64,000 bases of DNA from Acidobacteriota bacterium (GTDB lineage Bacteria; Acidobacteriota; UBA890; WLXD01), in contig CAXWPL010000004.1 of NCBI GenBank assembly GCA_963666215.2, positions 608,001 to 672,000 of the forward strand, read 5' to 3'. The translations under genes and the position numbers were made by a program. Positions 21,780 through 32,301 of the stretch are shown here, piece after piece. Within the stretch, counting starts at the first letter, position 1; the number at the start of each line of letters is the position of its first letter. The notes beneath the pieces were generated by a model, which saw nothing but the letters and a program-made list of their open reading frames with translations, had not been told where the DNA came from and ran no database searches.

Positions 21780-22988
21780 CTAGGCTGGCGTGGAAGAGGG
21801 CTCGAGCAGCAGCAGTGCGAGCAGCGCGGTGCGCTCGATCATACGGTCGAGATCAATGAATTCATTGCAGGCATGGGCGCCGCCGCCAACCATGCCCAGG
21901 CCATCGAGCGTGGGCGCGTAGAGGTTCGTGATGTTGCCGTCGGAGCCGCCACCAGCCGTTCCTTCCTCGATATGGATCCCGAGATCCCCGGCGAGGTTTC
22001 GCGCCGACCGCCAGAGCGCGCGGCCGGCCTCGGTGGGCTCCATCGGCGATCGACGGTGCGTGCAGGCCACTTCGATTCGCGCTTCCGGGTGCTCGGTACG
22101 CAGGCCGGCCAGTGCCTCCTCGACGGCGTCGGCATGCTTCGCGGTTGGAGCTCGCACGTCGACGACAATGCCGCAGCGCGGCGCGATGACGTTGGGCCGA
22201 GTGCCGCCCGTGATCTGGCCGACGTTAACCTGCACGGCGTCGACGCCACTGCCACCGTGGAGCTCGAAAATCTGTTCAACGAGACGCGCCATCTCACGGA
22301 TCGCGCTGATGCCATCCTCTGGATTCAGCCCGGCGTGGGCCGCACGCCCGTGCACCGTCACGTCGTACTGCGCGACACCCTTGCGAGCGGTCTTGATGTG
22401 TCCATCGACCCCGAGCGCCGGCTCCATTACGAACACACGCTCAACGCGACGGGCCAGCGACACGATCCGGCGCTGCGAGTCGTCGCTGCCGATCTCCTCA
22501 TCGCTGTTGACGAACATGATCGGCACGACGCCGGGCTCCAGCCCCAGGTCGCGGAGCACGCGCAGCGCCGTCAGCGCCTGCACCAGGCCGCCCTTCATGT
22601 CGTACACACCCGGGCCGCGCATGATGCTGGTCCCCTGGATACCAGGAATACCAGGGACACCAGCGTCGTTCCGGATCTCGACCGGCATCTCCGCCAGGGT
22701 GCCCAGGTCGTAGACCGTGTCGACATGCCCGAGCAGCAGCTGGCTCGGCCGGCCTCGGCGCCGATCACGCGGCAGCGCCAACAACTGACCGCCAGACGTG
22801 TTGCCGCGCAGAAAGCGCGTTCGGTAGTCGATGTCGGCGAACGCGGACGCCAGCAGATCGAAACCGGGACGCTGGGTTTCGGGCTGCAGCGACGACGTTT
22901 CGATCGACGCGAGGGCGCTCAACCGATCGATCATTCCCTGACGCTCGCCGCGCACGGCGTCGAGTATCTGTTGCGCCTGCACGCTCAT
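21780..22988 (-). CDS. M20 metallopeptidase (glutamate carboxypeptidase-like)
   Basis: LLGHVDTV, GVYDMKGG, DEEIGS, AAHAG, GGSDGN, GAH. Confidence 0.9.
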   Translation of the reverse strand: MSVQAQQILDAVRGERQGMIDRLSALASIETSSLQPETQRPGFDLLASAFADIDYRTRFLRGNTSGGQLLALPRDRRRGRPSQLLLGHVDTVYDLGTLAEMPVEIRNDAGVPGIPGIQGTSIMRGPGVYDMKGGLVQALTALRVLRDLGLEPGVVPIMFVNSDEEIGSDDSQRRIVSLARRVERVFVMEPALGVDGHIKTARKGVAQYDVTVHGRAAHAGLNPEDGISAIREMARLVEQIFELHGGSGVDAVQVNVGQITGGTRPNVIAPRCGIVVDVRAPTAKHADAVEEALAGLRTEHPEARIEVACTHRRSPMEPTEAGRALWRSARNLAGDLGIHIEEGTAGGGSDGNITNLYAPTLDGLGMVGGGAHACNEFIDLDRMIERTALLALLLLEPSSTPA

Positions 22989-23187
22989 GACTCCCCCTTG
23001 ACCGTTCGAGCGCCACGGCTCGATCGTTTTCGGCCCGCTCTCTAGCACCACCAACCTTCGAGCTCTTGGCTCGCCGTTGGTTCCATTCCCCACCTTGTCT
23101 AGACTGGCACGTTCGACGTCCCGACAATTGCCGCACGCTTGTTCCGCTGGCCCCTACCGCGACAGCACTCTGTTATCGGAGCTCACG

Positions 23188-24629
23188 ATGCCCAATACAC
23201 CAACGTCGACCCTCGAGCCCCCTCGTATCGCCTGCTTCCTTCTGGCTGTTGTCGTCGCCATCGGCGCGGCGGGCGCCGGCTGTGCCCAGGTATCTCCGTA
23301 CGAGGGTCGGAACGCGACCGTCTTCACGAACGTCAACGTCTTGCCGATGGACAGCGAGCGGGTGCTCGCGGAACAGACGGTGGTTGTCGTTGACGGGCGC
23401 ATCGCCGATATGGGAGCGGCGTCGGAGATCGCGGTCCCGTCCGACTCGACCGTTATCGTCGGCACCGGGCAGTACCTCATGCCCGGACTCACGGAGATGC
23501 ACGGTCACTTGCCGAGCTCATTCTTGGCGCGCGACGACATGCCTCTCGAAGAGATCACCGAGATCGTGCTCTTCCTTTACGTCGCCAATGGAGTGACGTT
23601 GGTTCGCGGCATGCAGGGGGACGAGAGCCACCTGGAGCTGCGCGACCGCATCGAGGCGCAAGATCTGCTGGGCCCGCACCTGCTGGTCTCCGCGCCCATG
23701 CTGCACGGCCGACAGGTAACCGATCCTGATCAGGCGGCCGAGCTGGTGCGGGGTTACGCGGCGCGGGGCTTCGATCACCTCAAGGTCCACGAGGAGCTTT
23801 CGCTCGACGTCTACGACGCGATCGCGGCGACCGCCAACGAAGTGGGGCTGAGGTTTTCCGGCCACGTATCGAACAAGGTCGGCCTGCAGCACGCGCTCGA
23901 TGCCGGCCAGGCAACGATCGACCACCTCGACAACTACGTCGAGACGCTCGTGGCCGACGCCACGCCGGAGGAGCTGCAAGGAACGCTCACCCCGGTGCAG
24001 CTGATCGACCGGGTCGACGAGAGCGGCATCGCCGCGATGGTGGAGGCAACTCGCGCTGCCGGCGCCGCGGTGGTCCCAACGCTGGTGCTCTGGGAGACCT
24101 TCATGGGAGAAGCATCGGGCGACGAGCTGACCATGCTGCGGCCCGAGGTCCGATACATGCCACCGTACGAGATCGACCGCTGGACCGAGGGTGTGAATCA
24201 GCGCCTCGCGACAGGCAATCCCGAGCAGGGCGCTCGCGTCATCGATCTGCGACGGCGACTCCTGAAGGCGCTCCACGCCGCCGGCGTTGCGGTGCTGCTG
24301 GGAACCGACTCGCCACAGCTGTTCAGTGTCCCTGGGTTCTCGATGCATCGCGAAATGCGCACGATGGTCGATGCCGGCCTGACGCCCTACGACGTGCTCG
24401 ATTCGGGCACGCGCGCAGTCGCGGCTCTTATGGAAAGGGAGGCGACAGCGGCACGGTGGCGATCGGCGCTGTGGCCGACCTCATCCTGCTCGCGTCCAAC
24501 CCGTTGGACGATCTGGCCGCCCTCGATCGACCTCGGGGTGTCATGGTGGGAGGTCGCTGGCTCGACCGCCAAGCTATCGACACGCGGCTCGCTGAAATCC
24601 AGGATCGCTTCGCTGCGCTCAGCAACTGA
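23188..24629 (+). pseudogene. Amidohydrolase-family protein with a single -1 frameshift near the 3' end
   Basis: MPGLTEMHGH, GTDSPQ; the expected C-terminus GTVAIGAVADLILLASNPLDDL...GVMVGGRW continues in another frame from 24441 to TGA 24627-24629. Confidence 0.8.
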
Positions 24630-24795
24630 GCACGGATCGGGCAGGCACACCGGCATGGCCCAGCGCGGAGACAGGTGGGGCCGAGTGTGGACGCTTGTGC
24701 CCACTTGCCACTTCCATTGCTGGCCTATGGTCTGATACGTTTACGCATCGCGCATCTGTTCCGCAGCCTCCCCATCTGACCATAAGAGCGCATCG

Positions 24796-25710
24796 GTGTG
24801 TCTTGCTGTCCCATTATGGCGACGCGTGGCTCGTCCCGTCCATCGGCGTGACGACACGCATCGCCGCTGGTTCCTCCACTGGGCGCCGGCCCTCGCGCTC
24901 CTCCTGAGCACAACGATCTGGGCTCCGGCCGCGGCCGGACAGACCCTGAGCGGCGACAGTGCGTCGCTTGACCGACAGAACCGACAGGCCCGGGCACACG
25001 ACTTCAGCTATCTGAGGACCCCGAGCGCAGTGCGCAACTTCGTGAACTCCGGTCTGCTGGTGCGGCTCACAGGGAACGCCAACTACACGCTCAACGAAGT
25101 TTCGTACCCCTACGCGCGCGTCGAGGTGAAGCTGTTCGTCGAGCGCTTGTCGTCGCAGTTTCGGGGCGCTTGTGGTGAGCAGCTGGTGGTCACGAGCCTC
25201 ACGCGGCCACGTTCCCGGCAGCCGTTCAACGCCTCGACACGCTCGGTGCACCCCACCGGAATGGCCGTCGACTTGCGCCGGCATAACACGCCGAGCTGCC
25301 GAACTTGGCTCGAGCGCGTGCTGCTGTCCTTGGAGAACAGCGGCGTGCTCGAGGCGACGCTCGAGCGCTACCCGCCCCACTATCACGTGGCGATCTACCC
25401 CAACCAATATCGCGCCTACGTCGGCAAGATCACGGGTGGCAAAACAAGCGTCGCGAAGGTGGTCGCAAGTTCGGCGACCACGCCATCGGGCACGACTCCG
25501 CCCGGTTCAGCCGGGGCAACTCCGGCAACCGGTGACCGTTTCGCTGACGTCGCTGCCTACACGGTTCGGCGTGGCGACACGCTCTGGAGCATCGCCCAGC
25601 GACACGGCAGCACGCCCACCCGGATCAAAGAGGCGAGCGGTCTGCGCTCAACGCTGATCCATCCAGGGCAGCGGCTCAACGTGCCGCTCACGGCCACGGC
25701 CGAACACTGA
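24796..25710 (+). CDS. DUF5715-like zinc peptidase-fold protein with C-terminal LysM
   Basis: VTSLTRP, SVHPTGMAVDL, PHYHVA; LysM YTVRRGDTLWSIA...IHPGQRL. Confidence 0.85.
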   Translation: MCLAVPLWRRVARPVHRRDDTHRRWFLHWAPALALLLSTTIWAPAAAGQTLSGDSASLDRQNRQARAHDFSYLRTPSAVRNFVNSGLLVRLTGNANYTLNEVSYPYARVEVKLFVERLSSQFRGACGEQLVVTSLTRPRSRQPFNASTRSVHPTGMAVDLRRHNTPSCRTWLERVLLSLENSGVLEATLERYPPHYHVAIYPNQYRAYVGKITGGKTSVAKVVASSATTPSGTTPPGSAGATPATGDRFADVAAYTVRRGDTLWSIAQRHGSTPTRIKEASGLRSTLIHPGQRLNVPLTATAEH

Positions 25711-25779
25711 CGATCACAACGACTCGAGCGTCGGTTACGAGACCGGCAGGCAGGCGCGGGAGAAAAGCCCCGGCTGCGG

Positions 25780-26787
25780 CTAGCCGAAGTCGACGCGGAA
25801 CTGTTGCGACCCGAGCTTGATGCGGTCGCCGTGCTTCAGCCGCAGCGGTCCCTCTAGCCGCAGGTACGTGCCGTTGCGGCTGGCCAGATCCTCGAGCACG
25901 GGCTCCCGGCTGCCGAACCGGATGCGCGCGTGTCGCGACGACATGTAACGATCGCGCGGCAACACGATGTCTCCCTCGCGCCGGCCAATCACCGCGATAT
26001 TGTCGTCGAGCACGTACCGGTTACCGTCGGCCTTCTTGTCGGTAAGCACCGTCACTATGCCGCGCGTGACCCCACGGGCCGGGGTGATGGCGACCGTGCG
26101 CTCGGAGTCGGAGTCGGCCGCGTCCGCTGGCGGCTCCTCCGCTGGCGGCTCCTCCTCTGGCGGCTCCTCCTCGCTGAGGTCGTAGCGCAGCAGGTGCTTG
26201 CCGACGAGGATGACGTCTCCGTGAGCGAGCCGATGCGGTTTGCGCAGCCGCTGAAAGATGCCGTTCCGGCTGTCCAAGTCCTCCACCGTGAGATGGCCGT
26301 CGGCGTAGCTGAACCGCGCATGCGGGTTCGACAGGTGGATGTCGGTCGGAAAGCAAATGTCGCCTTTCTCGCGCCCCATCGTGAGCTCCATGGCGGCGAG
26401 GTCGTGCCGCGAGAGCTCCTCGTTACCTTCGCCGACGCGGACCCGCGTGGCGAACCCACTCGTGCCCCGGCCGCCGTACATCACGGTGAGCTCTGGTGGC
26501 GGCGGCACAGCCGGCATGCTTCCCGAATCTGTTGAGCTGCCTGGCGTCGAAGCGACTGCGACCATCGAAAGCTCCGTCTTGACCTCGTTGGCAGCAGACT
26601 TGATGGCGGCGGCCGCGCCTTCGCTGCAGGCAGAGCAGGCGTCTTCGCCTGGATCGAAGTACGCGCCACAGGCAGAACACCTGCGATCGTGGCTCTGATT
26701 CCGAGACGAACGACGTCCAAACCGCACAGTGTCACTCCTCTGAGCGAGGTCAGGAACAGCAAAAAACGAACAACCCGATAACGACAC
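25780..26787 (-). CDS. Zinc-ribbon plus double-FHA domain protein
   Basis: CSACG...CSAC; two FHA motifs (GR...S..HA...DLDSRNG and GR...SSRHA...DLASRNGT). Start uncertain. Confidence 0.88.
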   Translation of the reverse strand: MSLSGCSFFAVPDLAQRSDTVRFGRRSSRNQSHDRRCSACGAYFDPGEDACSACSEGAAAAIKSAANEVKTELSMVAVASTPGSSTDSGSMPAVPPPPELTVMYGGRGTSGFATRVRVGEGNEELSRHDLAAMELTMGREKGDICFPTDIHLSNPHARFSYADGHLTVEDLDSRNGIFQRLRKPHRLAHGDVILVGKHLLRYDLSEEEPPEEEPPAEEPPADAADSDSERTVAITPARGVTRGIVTVLTDKKADGNRYVLDDNIAVIGRREGDIVLPRDRYMSSRHARIRFGSREPVLEDLASRNGTYLRLEGPLRLKHGDRIKLGSQQFRVDFG

Positions 26788-26990
26788 CCGGGATCAACGA
26801 TAGTCTCGCGTCGAAAGCGATCCTGGGCCGGCGCGGGCACCGGACCGGTCAAGGGTAGAAGGAAGAGCGCCCTGAGCGCGACCTCTACGACGATCTCGTG
26901 TACTTGGGCTCGGAGGTATCGTAGGCTCTGGGGCTATCCTGAGGGTGCCGTCTGCGCACGGCACCCTCAGTCGACGTTGGGAGCAGGCTG

Positions 26991-28805
26991 TTGGACGAGA
27001 ACGAGCACGAGCACGAGATGTTCGGGTGCTACGAGGTGAAGGGCGTTCTCGGCGAGGGCGCGATGGGCCTCGTCTACCGTGGCGAGGATCCCGTGATTGG
27101 TCGCCAAGTCGCGATCAAGGTCCTCCATCCGAACGTCCGCGGCGCCGCGGCTGCCGAGCACGCTATCCGTTTCGAGCAAGAATTCCGCGCCGCCGGTCGC
27201 CTTTCGCACGCCAACGTCGTGCAAGTTTACGACGTTGGCCAGGAGGGCGACGCCTGGTACATCGCGATGGAATTTGTCGAGGGCGACGCGCTCGACGATC
27301 TGCACAAGCGGTCGAGCCTCGCCCCCAACCGCACGGTGCAGATCCTGTCCGACGTCGCCAAGGCGCTCGACTACGCGCACCGCAACGGGATCGTTCATCG
27401 CGACGTGAAGCCCAGCAACATCATGGTTACGTCGGAAGGTGAAGCGAAGGTCGCCGACTTTGGCATCGCCAAGCTCACTGACACGTCGATGACGGCAACC
27501 GGCAGCGTGCTCGGCACACCGGCCTACATGTCGCCCGAGCAGGCCAAGGGCATGCAGATCACCGGCGCCTCGGACCTTTTTTCGCTCGCGGTGATCGCCT
27601 ACGAGTTCTTGACCGGCGAAAAACCGTTCGAGGCCGACTCTCCGTCGACCTTCCTCTACAAGATCGTCCACGAGCGGCCCGCCACGCCGAGCCAGGTCAA
27701 CTCGGAGTTGCCCACGGCAATCAACCGGGTGCTGTTGCGCGCGATGAGCAAGAGCCCGGAGAACCGTTACGCCACCTGCGTCGAGTTCACCGATGCTCTG
27801 ATGGAGGCGTTAGCGGCAGCGCCCGCCACGATGATGGCGACACTCGTCGATATGCCGATGACCGCTTCGCCGCACGCCAAGAAAAAAGCGGGCATGGCCG
27901 CGGCCGCCATAGTCGCCGTAGTCGCAGCCGGCGTCGCCGCTTGGGTGTTTTGGCCCTCGTCGAACGGAGTCATTGATCCAGCCGGCACCGGCAACGCAGC
28001 GGGCGTCGCCGCAACCGACAGCGAGGTTGCGACCGACCCAGCCGCCGCCGATGTGGGAGGCACGGGCGCGGCCACGGGCACAACGGGGACGCCGGCGGAA
28101 GCGGACGCCGGCACTCCGGTTAGCCCCGTCTCCGCACCAGCCCCTGTACCGGTTGAGATCTACACGGTGAGGAGCGAGCCCAGCGGCGCGAACGTATCGC
28201 TCGATGGAGAACAAGTAGGGGTGACGCCGCTCGACGTCGAGCTCAGTCCCACCGGGCAACATCGAATCGTGGTCGACGCGGAGGACTACCGGGCGGCGAG
28301 CTGGTCGTTCACGCTCGACGACATGAGCGCCGAACAGCTGACCACGCGCGAGCTCCGATTCCCACTGCAAGCCGACATCCCACCCGGCTCCGTTCGGTCG
28401 AGCGCTTCGTACGCCGTACGCGTTGTCGCCTCGGCGTCAGGCCAACGCGAGCGGCGCATGAATGTCGGAGCAAGGGGGACCTTCGAGCTCCCCGAAGGAC
28501 GCTGGCAGCTTCGGGTCTCGGCGCCCGAGGTGTTCCTGGATCGAACGGTGAGCGTCAGCGTTGCCGCCGGGCGAACCGCACCACTCGAGCTCGCCGAGCC
28601 GGTGACCATCCAGGTCGCCGCGGCACCCGGGAATTGTCGCGTCAGCATCGATGGGCGTTTCGTCGACGTGACCCCGTTCGGTGTGGCGATCGTGCGGGGA
28701 GAGCACGAGATCGTTTTCGACTGGCCCGGCCTGGGACAGACGATCACACGGACCGAGCGGGTCGTGCAGGACGGCCAGCGCTTCTTCGTCACGGCGCCGC
28801 AATGA
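26991..28805 (+). CDS. Hanks-type Ser/Thr protein kinase with TM and PEGA domains
   Basis: GEGAMGLVY, VAIK, HRDVKPSN, DFG, GTPAYMSPE; TM; SEPSGANVSLDG...GVTP. Confidence 0.95.
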   Translation: MDENEHEHEMFGCYEVKGVLGEGAMGLVYRGEDPVIGRQVAIKVLHPNVRGAAAAEHAIRFEQEFRAAGRLSHANVVQVYDVGQEGDAWYIAMEFVEGDALDDLHKRSSLAPNRTVQILSDVAKALDYAHRNGIVHRDVKPSNIMVTSEGEAKVADFGIAKLTDTSMTATGSVLGTPAYMSPEQAKGMQITGASDLFSLAVIAYEFLTGEKPFEADSPSTFLYKIVHERPATPSQVNSELPTAINRVLLRAMSKSPENRYATCVEFTDALMEALAAAPATMMATLVDMPMTASPHAKKKAGMAAAAIVAVVAAGVAAWVFWPSSNGVIDPAGTGNAAGVAATDSEVATDPAAADVGGTGAATGTTGTPAEADAGTPVSPVSAPAPVPVEIYTVRSEPSGANVSLDGEQVGVTPLDVELSPTGQHRIVVDAEDYRAASWSFTLDDMSAEQLTTRELRFPLQADIPPGSVRSSASYAVRVVASASGQRERRMNVGARGTFELPEGRWQLRVSAPEVFLDRTVSVSVAAGRTAPLELAEPVTIQVAAAPGNCRVSIDGRFVDVTPFGVAIVRGEHEIVFDWPGLGQTITRTERVVQDGQRFFVTAPQ

Positions 28806-30340
28806 GAGCGACGCTGGGAAGCAGCCGCGGCTGCCTGAGGCTCGCTAGCGCCCTCGCGGCCCTGACGATGGCTGTTTCGGGCGCCAGTGCCGGAGGCCAG
28901 GACAGCGCGACCGCGCGACGACTGCTAGAGCGCGCCTCGGAACTACTCGCCACAGGAGACGCACCCGCAGCCGTCGACGAGCTCCAGGTGCTGTTCGAGC
29001 AGTTCGGCTCCAGCGACGTGGCGCCGGAGGCGATGGTGCTCCTGGCGCGAGCACAGAACGAGAGTGGCCTGTTGGACGCCGCCATTGAGACCGCCCGAAG
29101 ACTCGTCGAAGAACATCCGCGCAGTCCCTCCGGTGCGGGTGGCATGGTGCTCCAGGCCACCTTCGAGCTCCGCACCGCCACGTCGCTCGCCGACCTGGAG
29201 GACCTGCGCGACCGGCTGGCGAGAGTGGCGTTGCTCTACCCCACGGGAACCTACCCCCGACTGGTATGGCGACCCGCAGCCAGTGTCCTGGGAGGCGAGA
29301 TCGAGTTGCGGCTCAACAACGCCGACAGCGCGGCGAGCCGATTCGCGGCGGCGTTGGAGCCCTGGGCTGAGCCGCGCTGGCGCGCCCGCGCGATGGTGGG
29401 ATTGGGCCGCGCTCTGTTGGCCGAGAACGAGTGGGAAGCCGCCGCCCACATGCTGCAGCGCGGGCTGGCGGAAGAGCCGTTCGCGGCCTCGACAGCGGCG
29501 GCGCAGGCGCGCGCCCTGCTGGCTCTCGTGCACCGGCGACACCTCCGCACCCAAACCGGCGGCCGACCGTGGATCAGCACGCGCTCGATCACCCGCGCTA
29601 GCGCGGTTCTCGAGCGTCCAATCGGCATAGCGGCCAGCCTGACCGGGGAGCTCCTGGTGGCGGACGAGGGCGTTCCCTTCGTATCGTATTTGGCCGCCGA
29701 CGAGAGTCCGATCGCTAGCAAGAACTCGATGCCCGACGCCGCGCACCCATGGTTCGGCCCCGACGGCACGCCTCTCGTCGCTCTCGAGCGTTCTATACGA
29801 GCACCTTTCGGCAGTGATCGATCCGTCTACTATGCTCCCGATGGCGGCAGCTCGAAGCCACTCGAGAAGATCGTCGCAGCGGCAGAGGATCCGTTCGGCG
29901 GGCGCATCGTCGCCTATGACGACGGCAACCGCGTGGCGCGGTTCCACGCCGACGGCAACTCCGCCGGCATGGTCTTCGGCGGACAGCGCGTTCAGATCCG
30001 CGACATCGTTGCGCAGGGCGCCGACTTCCTCCTGCTCGACGGGCGCGAAAAAAGACTCTACCGCCTGGGACCGCAAGGCGCTGCGCAAACGGTCGTTTCC
30101 TCCGGTAGCTGGCGGCGACCCGAGGCTGTCGACATCGACCTGCTGGGCAACCTCTACGTGCTCGACCGCGACGAGGGTCGCATCTACGTGTACAAACCCG
30201 ACGGCACGCAGCTCGAGCAGAGCGGTCCCGATCTGCCGGGCGGCGGTCGCCTCGACGACCCGCGCGACCTGGCCGTTGACGGGGCGGGACGACTGTTCGT
30301 CGCGGATCGCGGCGCCAAGAAGATCTGGGTAGTCGAGTGA
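28802..30340 (+). CDS. Secreted TPR plus NHL-repeat (beta-propeller) protein
   Basis: Signal peptide, helical repeats, RPEAVDIDLLGNLYVLD, DPRDLAVDGAGRLFVAD; ATGA overlap with the kinase stop. Confidence 0.85.
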   Translation: MRATLGSSRGCLRLASALAALTMAVSGASAGGQDSATARRLLERASELLATGDAPAAVDELQVLFEQFGSSDVAPEAMVLLARAQNESGLLDAAIETARRLVEEHPRSPSGAGGMVLQATFELRTATSLADLEDLRDRLARVALLYPTGTYPRLVWRPAASVLGGEIELRLNNADSAASRFAAALEPWAEPRWRARAMVGLGRALLAENEWEAAAHMLQRGLAEEPFAASTAAAQARALLALVHRRHLRTQTGGRPWISTRSITRASAVLERPIGIAASLTGELLVADEGVPFVSYLAADESPIASKNSMPDAAHPWFGPDGTPLVALERSIRAPFGSDRSVYYAPDGGSSKPLEKIVAAAEDPFGGRIVAYDDGNRVARFHADGNSAGMVFGGQRVQIRDIVAQGADFLLLDGREKRLYRLGPQGAAQTVVSSGSWRRPEAVDIDLLGNLYVLDRDEGRIYVYKPDGTQLEQSGPDLPGGGRLDDPRDLAVDGAGRLFVADRGAKKIWVVE

Positions 30341-32261
30341 ACGGTTGGGGTCGGGGTGCGTTCTCTATGTACTTGCTGGGCGTCCTCGCCGCATCGACAG
30401 CCCTGGCTCCGCTCAGCGCCCTATCCTCGCCAGCCGAACCACGAACGCGGAACGCGGAACGCGACAGGCCGCCGGCGACCTCGCCGAGCTGCAGGCCGCG
30501 TTCGACCGGGCGCGGAGCGTGTTCAACTCGGCAGCCCAGCCCGATTCGATCCAACTACTAGCCGAGATCATCGACTCTCTCGAGGTCGCCACCACCACCG
30601 CGACATCGGGAGTCGACTCCGACGGGGCGGGCGTCACGGCGCTCCTGGCACAGGCACTGTCGCTGCGCGCCCAAGCGCAACTGAACATCGGGGAAGACGC
30701 CGACGCCGACGCCGACCTGCGCCGACTCATCGTGCTCAGCCCAGATGCCCGGCTCGACCCGTCGCTCGTCTCTCCCAAGCTGGTCGAGCTCCTCGACAAC
30801 GCGCGATTCGAGCTCATTGGCATGCTCCGGGTGACCCGCGATCCGCCCGATGCGGTTGTGTTCGTTGACGGCGTGGAACGCGAATTGATCGGAGACGGGC
30901 TCTCACTCACGGCCGGCTCGCACCAGGTTGCCGTGGAGCGCCTCGGATACACCTCGGTGCGCAACGAAATCGAGATCATCGCCGGCGAGGTGGTCGACGT
31001 CGATGGCCTGCTCGAGCGCGTCAGCGCCGTCGTAACAATTCTCACCGCGCAGCCTGGAGCATCGGTAGCCGTCGATGGAGTCGACAAAGGACTCACAGCT
31101 TCTTCCGACGGCGACGGCTCGCCAGCCATGCTCGTGTTCGACGGCGTGGTCCCCGGGCAACACACGATCACGATCACCCGAGCCGATTACCGCCCGGTCG
31201 AAGACAGCGTCGCGGTGGACGACCTGACGAACTACAGCATCGGGCCCGTGAGCCTGGAACCGACCGCGGGAATGCTCGTGCTCCGAGGCTTCCCCACCGG
31301 CGCCCGACTGCTCGTTGACGACATCGAAACCGCTTCCACCCGCTCCGACGCCGGGTCTCACGTCGTTGACCTTCCGCCCGGCGACCACGCGGTGGTGGTC
31401 GACGGCGGAGCTCTTGGATCTTTCGCGCAGCAGCTGACGCTTGCCGATCTCCAGCAAGTCGAGATCACCGTGGCGCTACGGCCCACGGTTGGCTTCCTCG
31501 GCGTGTTGGGCGACGACACTGTTGGCGCGGAGCGACTCGTGGAGGCTCTCGAGAGCGCGACCACCGGTGGCGCCTGGCTGATGCGTCCACAGCAGGGTGG
31601 TAGCGAGCTTCTGGGCTCACCGAATGACCTCTTCGACGTCGATCTGCTGCGCGACTTGGCACGCACCGGCGCCGCAGCTCATCTGGCCTCTGGCTCGCGC
31701 CCGCGCGCAGAGCCTCCAGCGCTAGCGAGCGAGGCTCCCAGGTTGCGCGTGCTGGCGGCGATGGGCGCGCGCCAGCCGCCCGCCGAAAGCCTCCAAATCG
31801 TCGGCCGCTGGGACATCCTGCACGCCACCCCCGACGAGCTCATGCTGTCGCTCACCGCCGATCAGCCGCTGTTCGCCGGTGCGCCAAGCATCGGTGGCGA
31901 TCAATTGGAGGGACCGGCCAGCGGCGTACGCCCGGTCTTCGCACCGCACTGTCGGGGAGGCGCCACATCCGTCTTTCTCGAACCGCCGGAGAAAGCCTTC
32001 GTTCTGCGCTTCGATGACGGGCCCCTCATCGCCGTCCGATACACCGAGAGCTTCAAGCGCGGAGCCGACCGTCCACCGCTCCTGGGCATCGCCGAGCCCG
32101 AAGACATTGTCCGCTCGATGCTCGCGCACACTCGCCTCGAGATCCTGGATCGTCAGCCTGGAGGTGGTCGGACCTTCTTCACTCTCGAAGGTCTGCGGCT
32201 GATACTCACCGAGCTCGGCGACCCCTGCGGCTGGCTCGACAGAGTGGCCGAAACGCCGTAG
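30337..32261 (+). CDS. Secreted TPR/PEGA-domain protein, frameshifted between signal peptide and mature part
   Basis: GTG at 30337 overlaps the upstream stop and encodes a signal peptide; the mature PEGA repeats (DPPDAVVFVDG, QPGASVAVDG, PTGARLLVDD) lie in the 30345 frame. Confidence 0.75.
30443..30463 (+). repeat. (GAACGCG)x3 tandem repeat
   Basis: Three perfect copies read directly at 30443, 30450 and 30457. Confidence 0.95.
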
Positions 32262-32301
32262 CCAGCGTCCGCCTGGACCTTGGCCGGCAGCGAAAGCCAT
32301 G

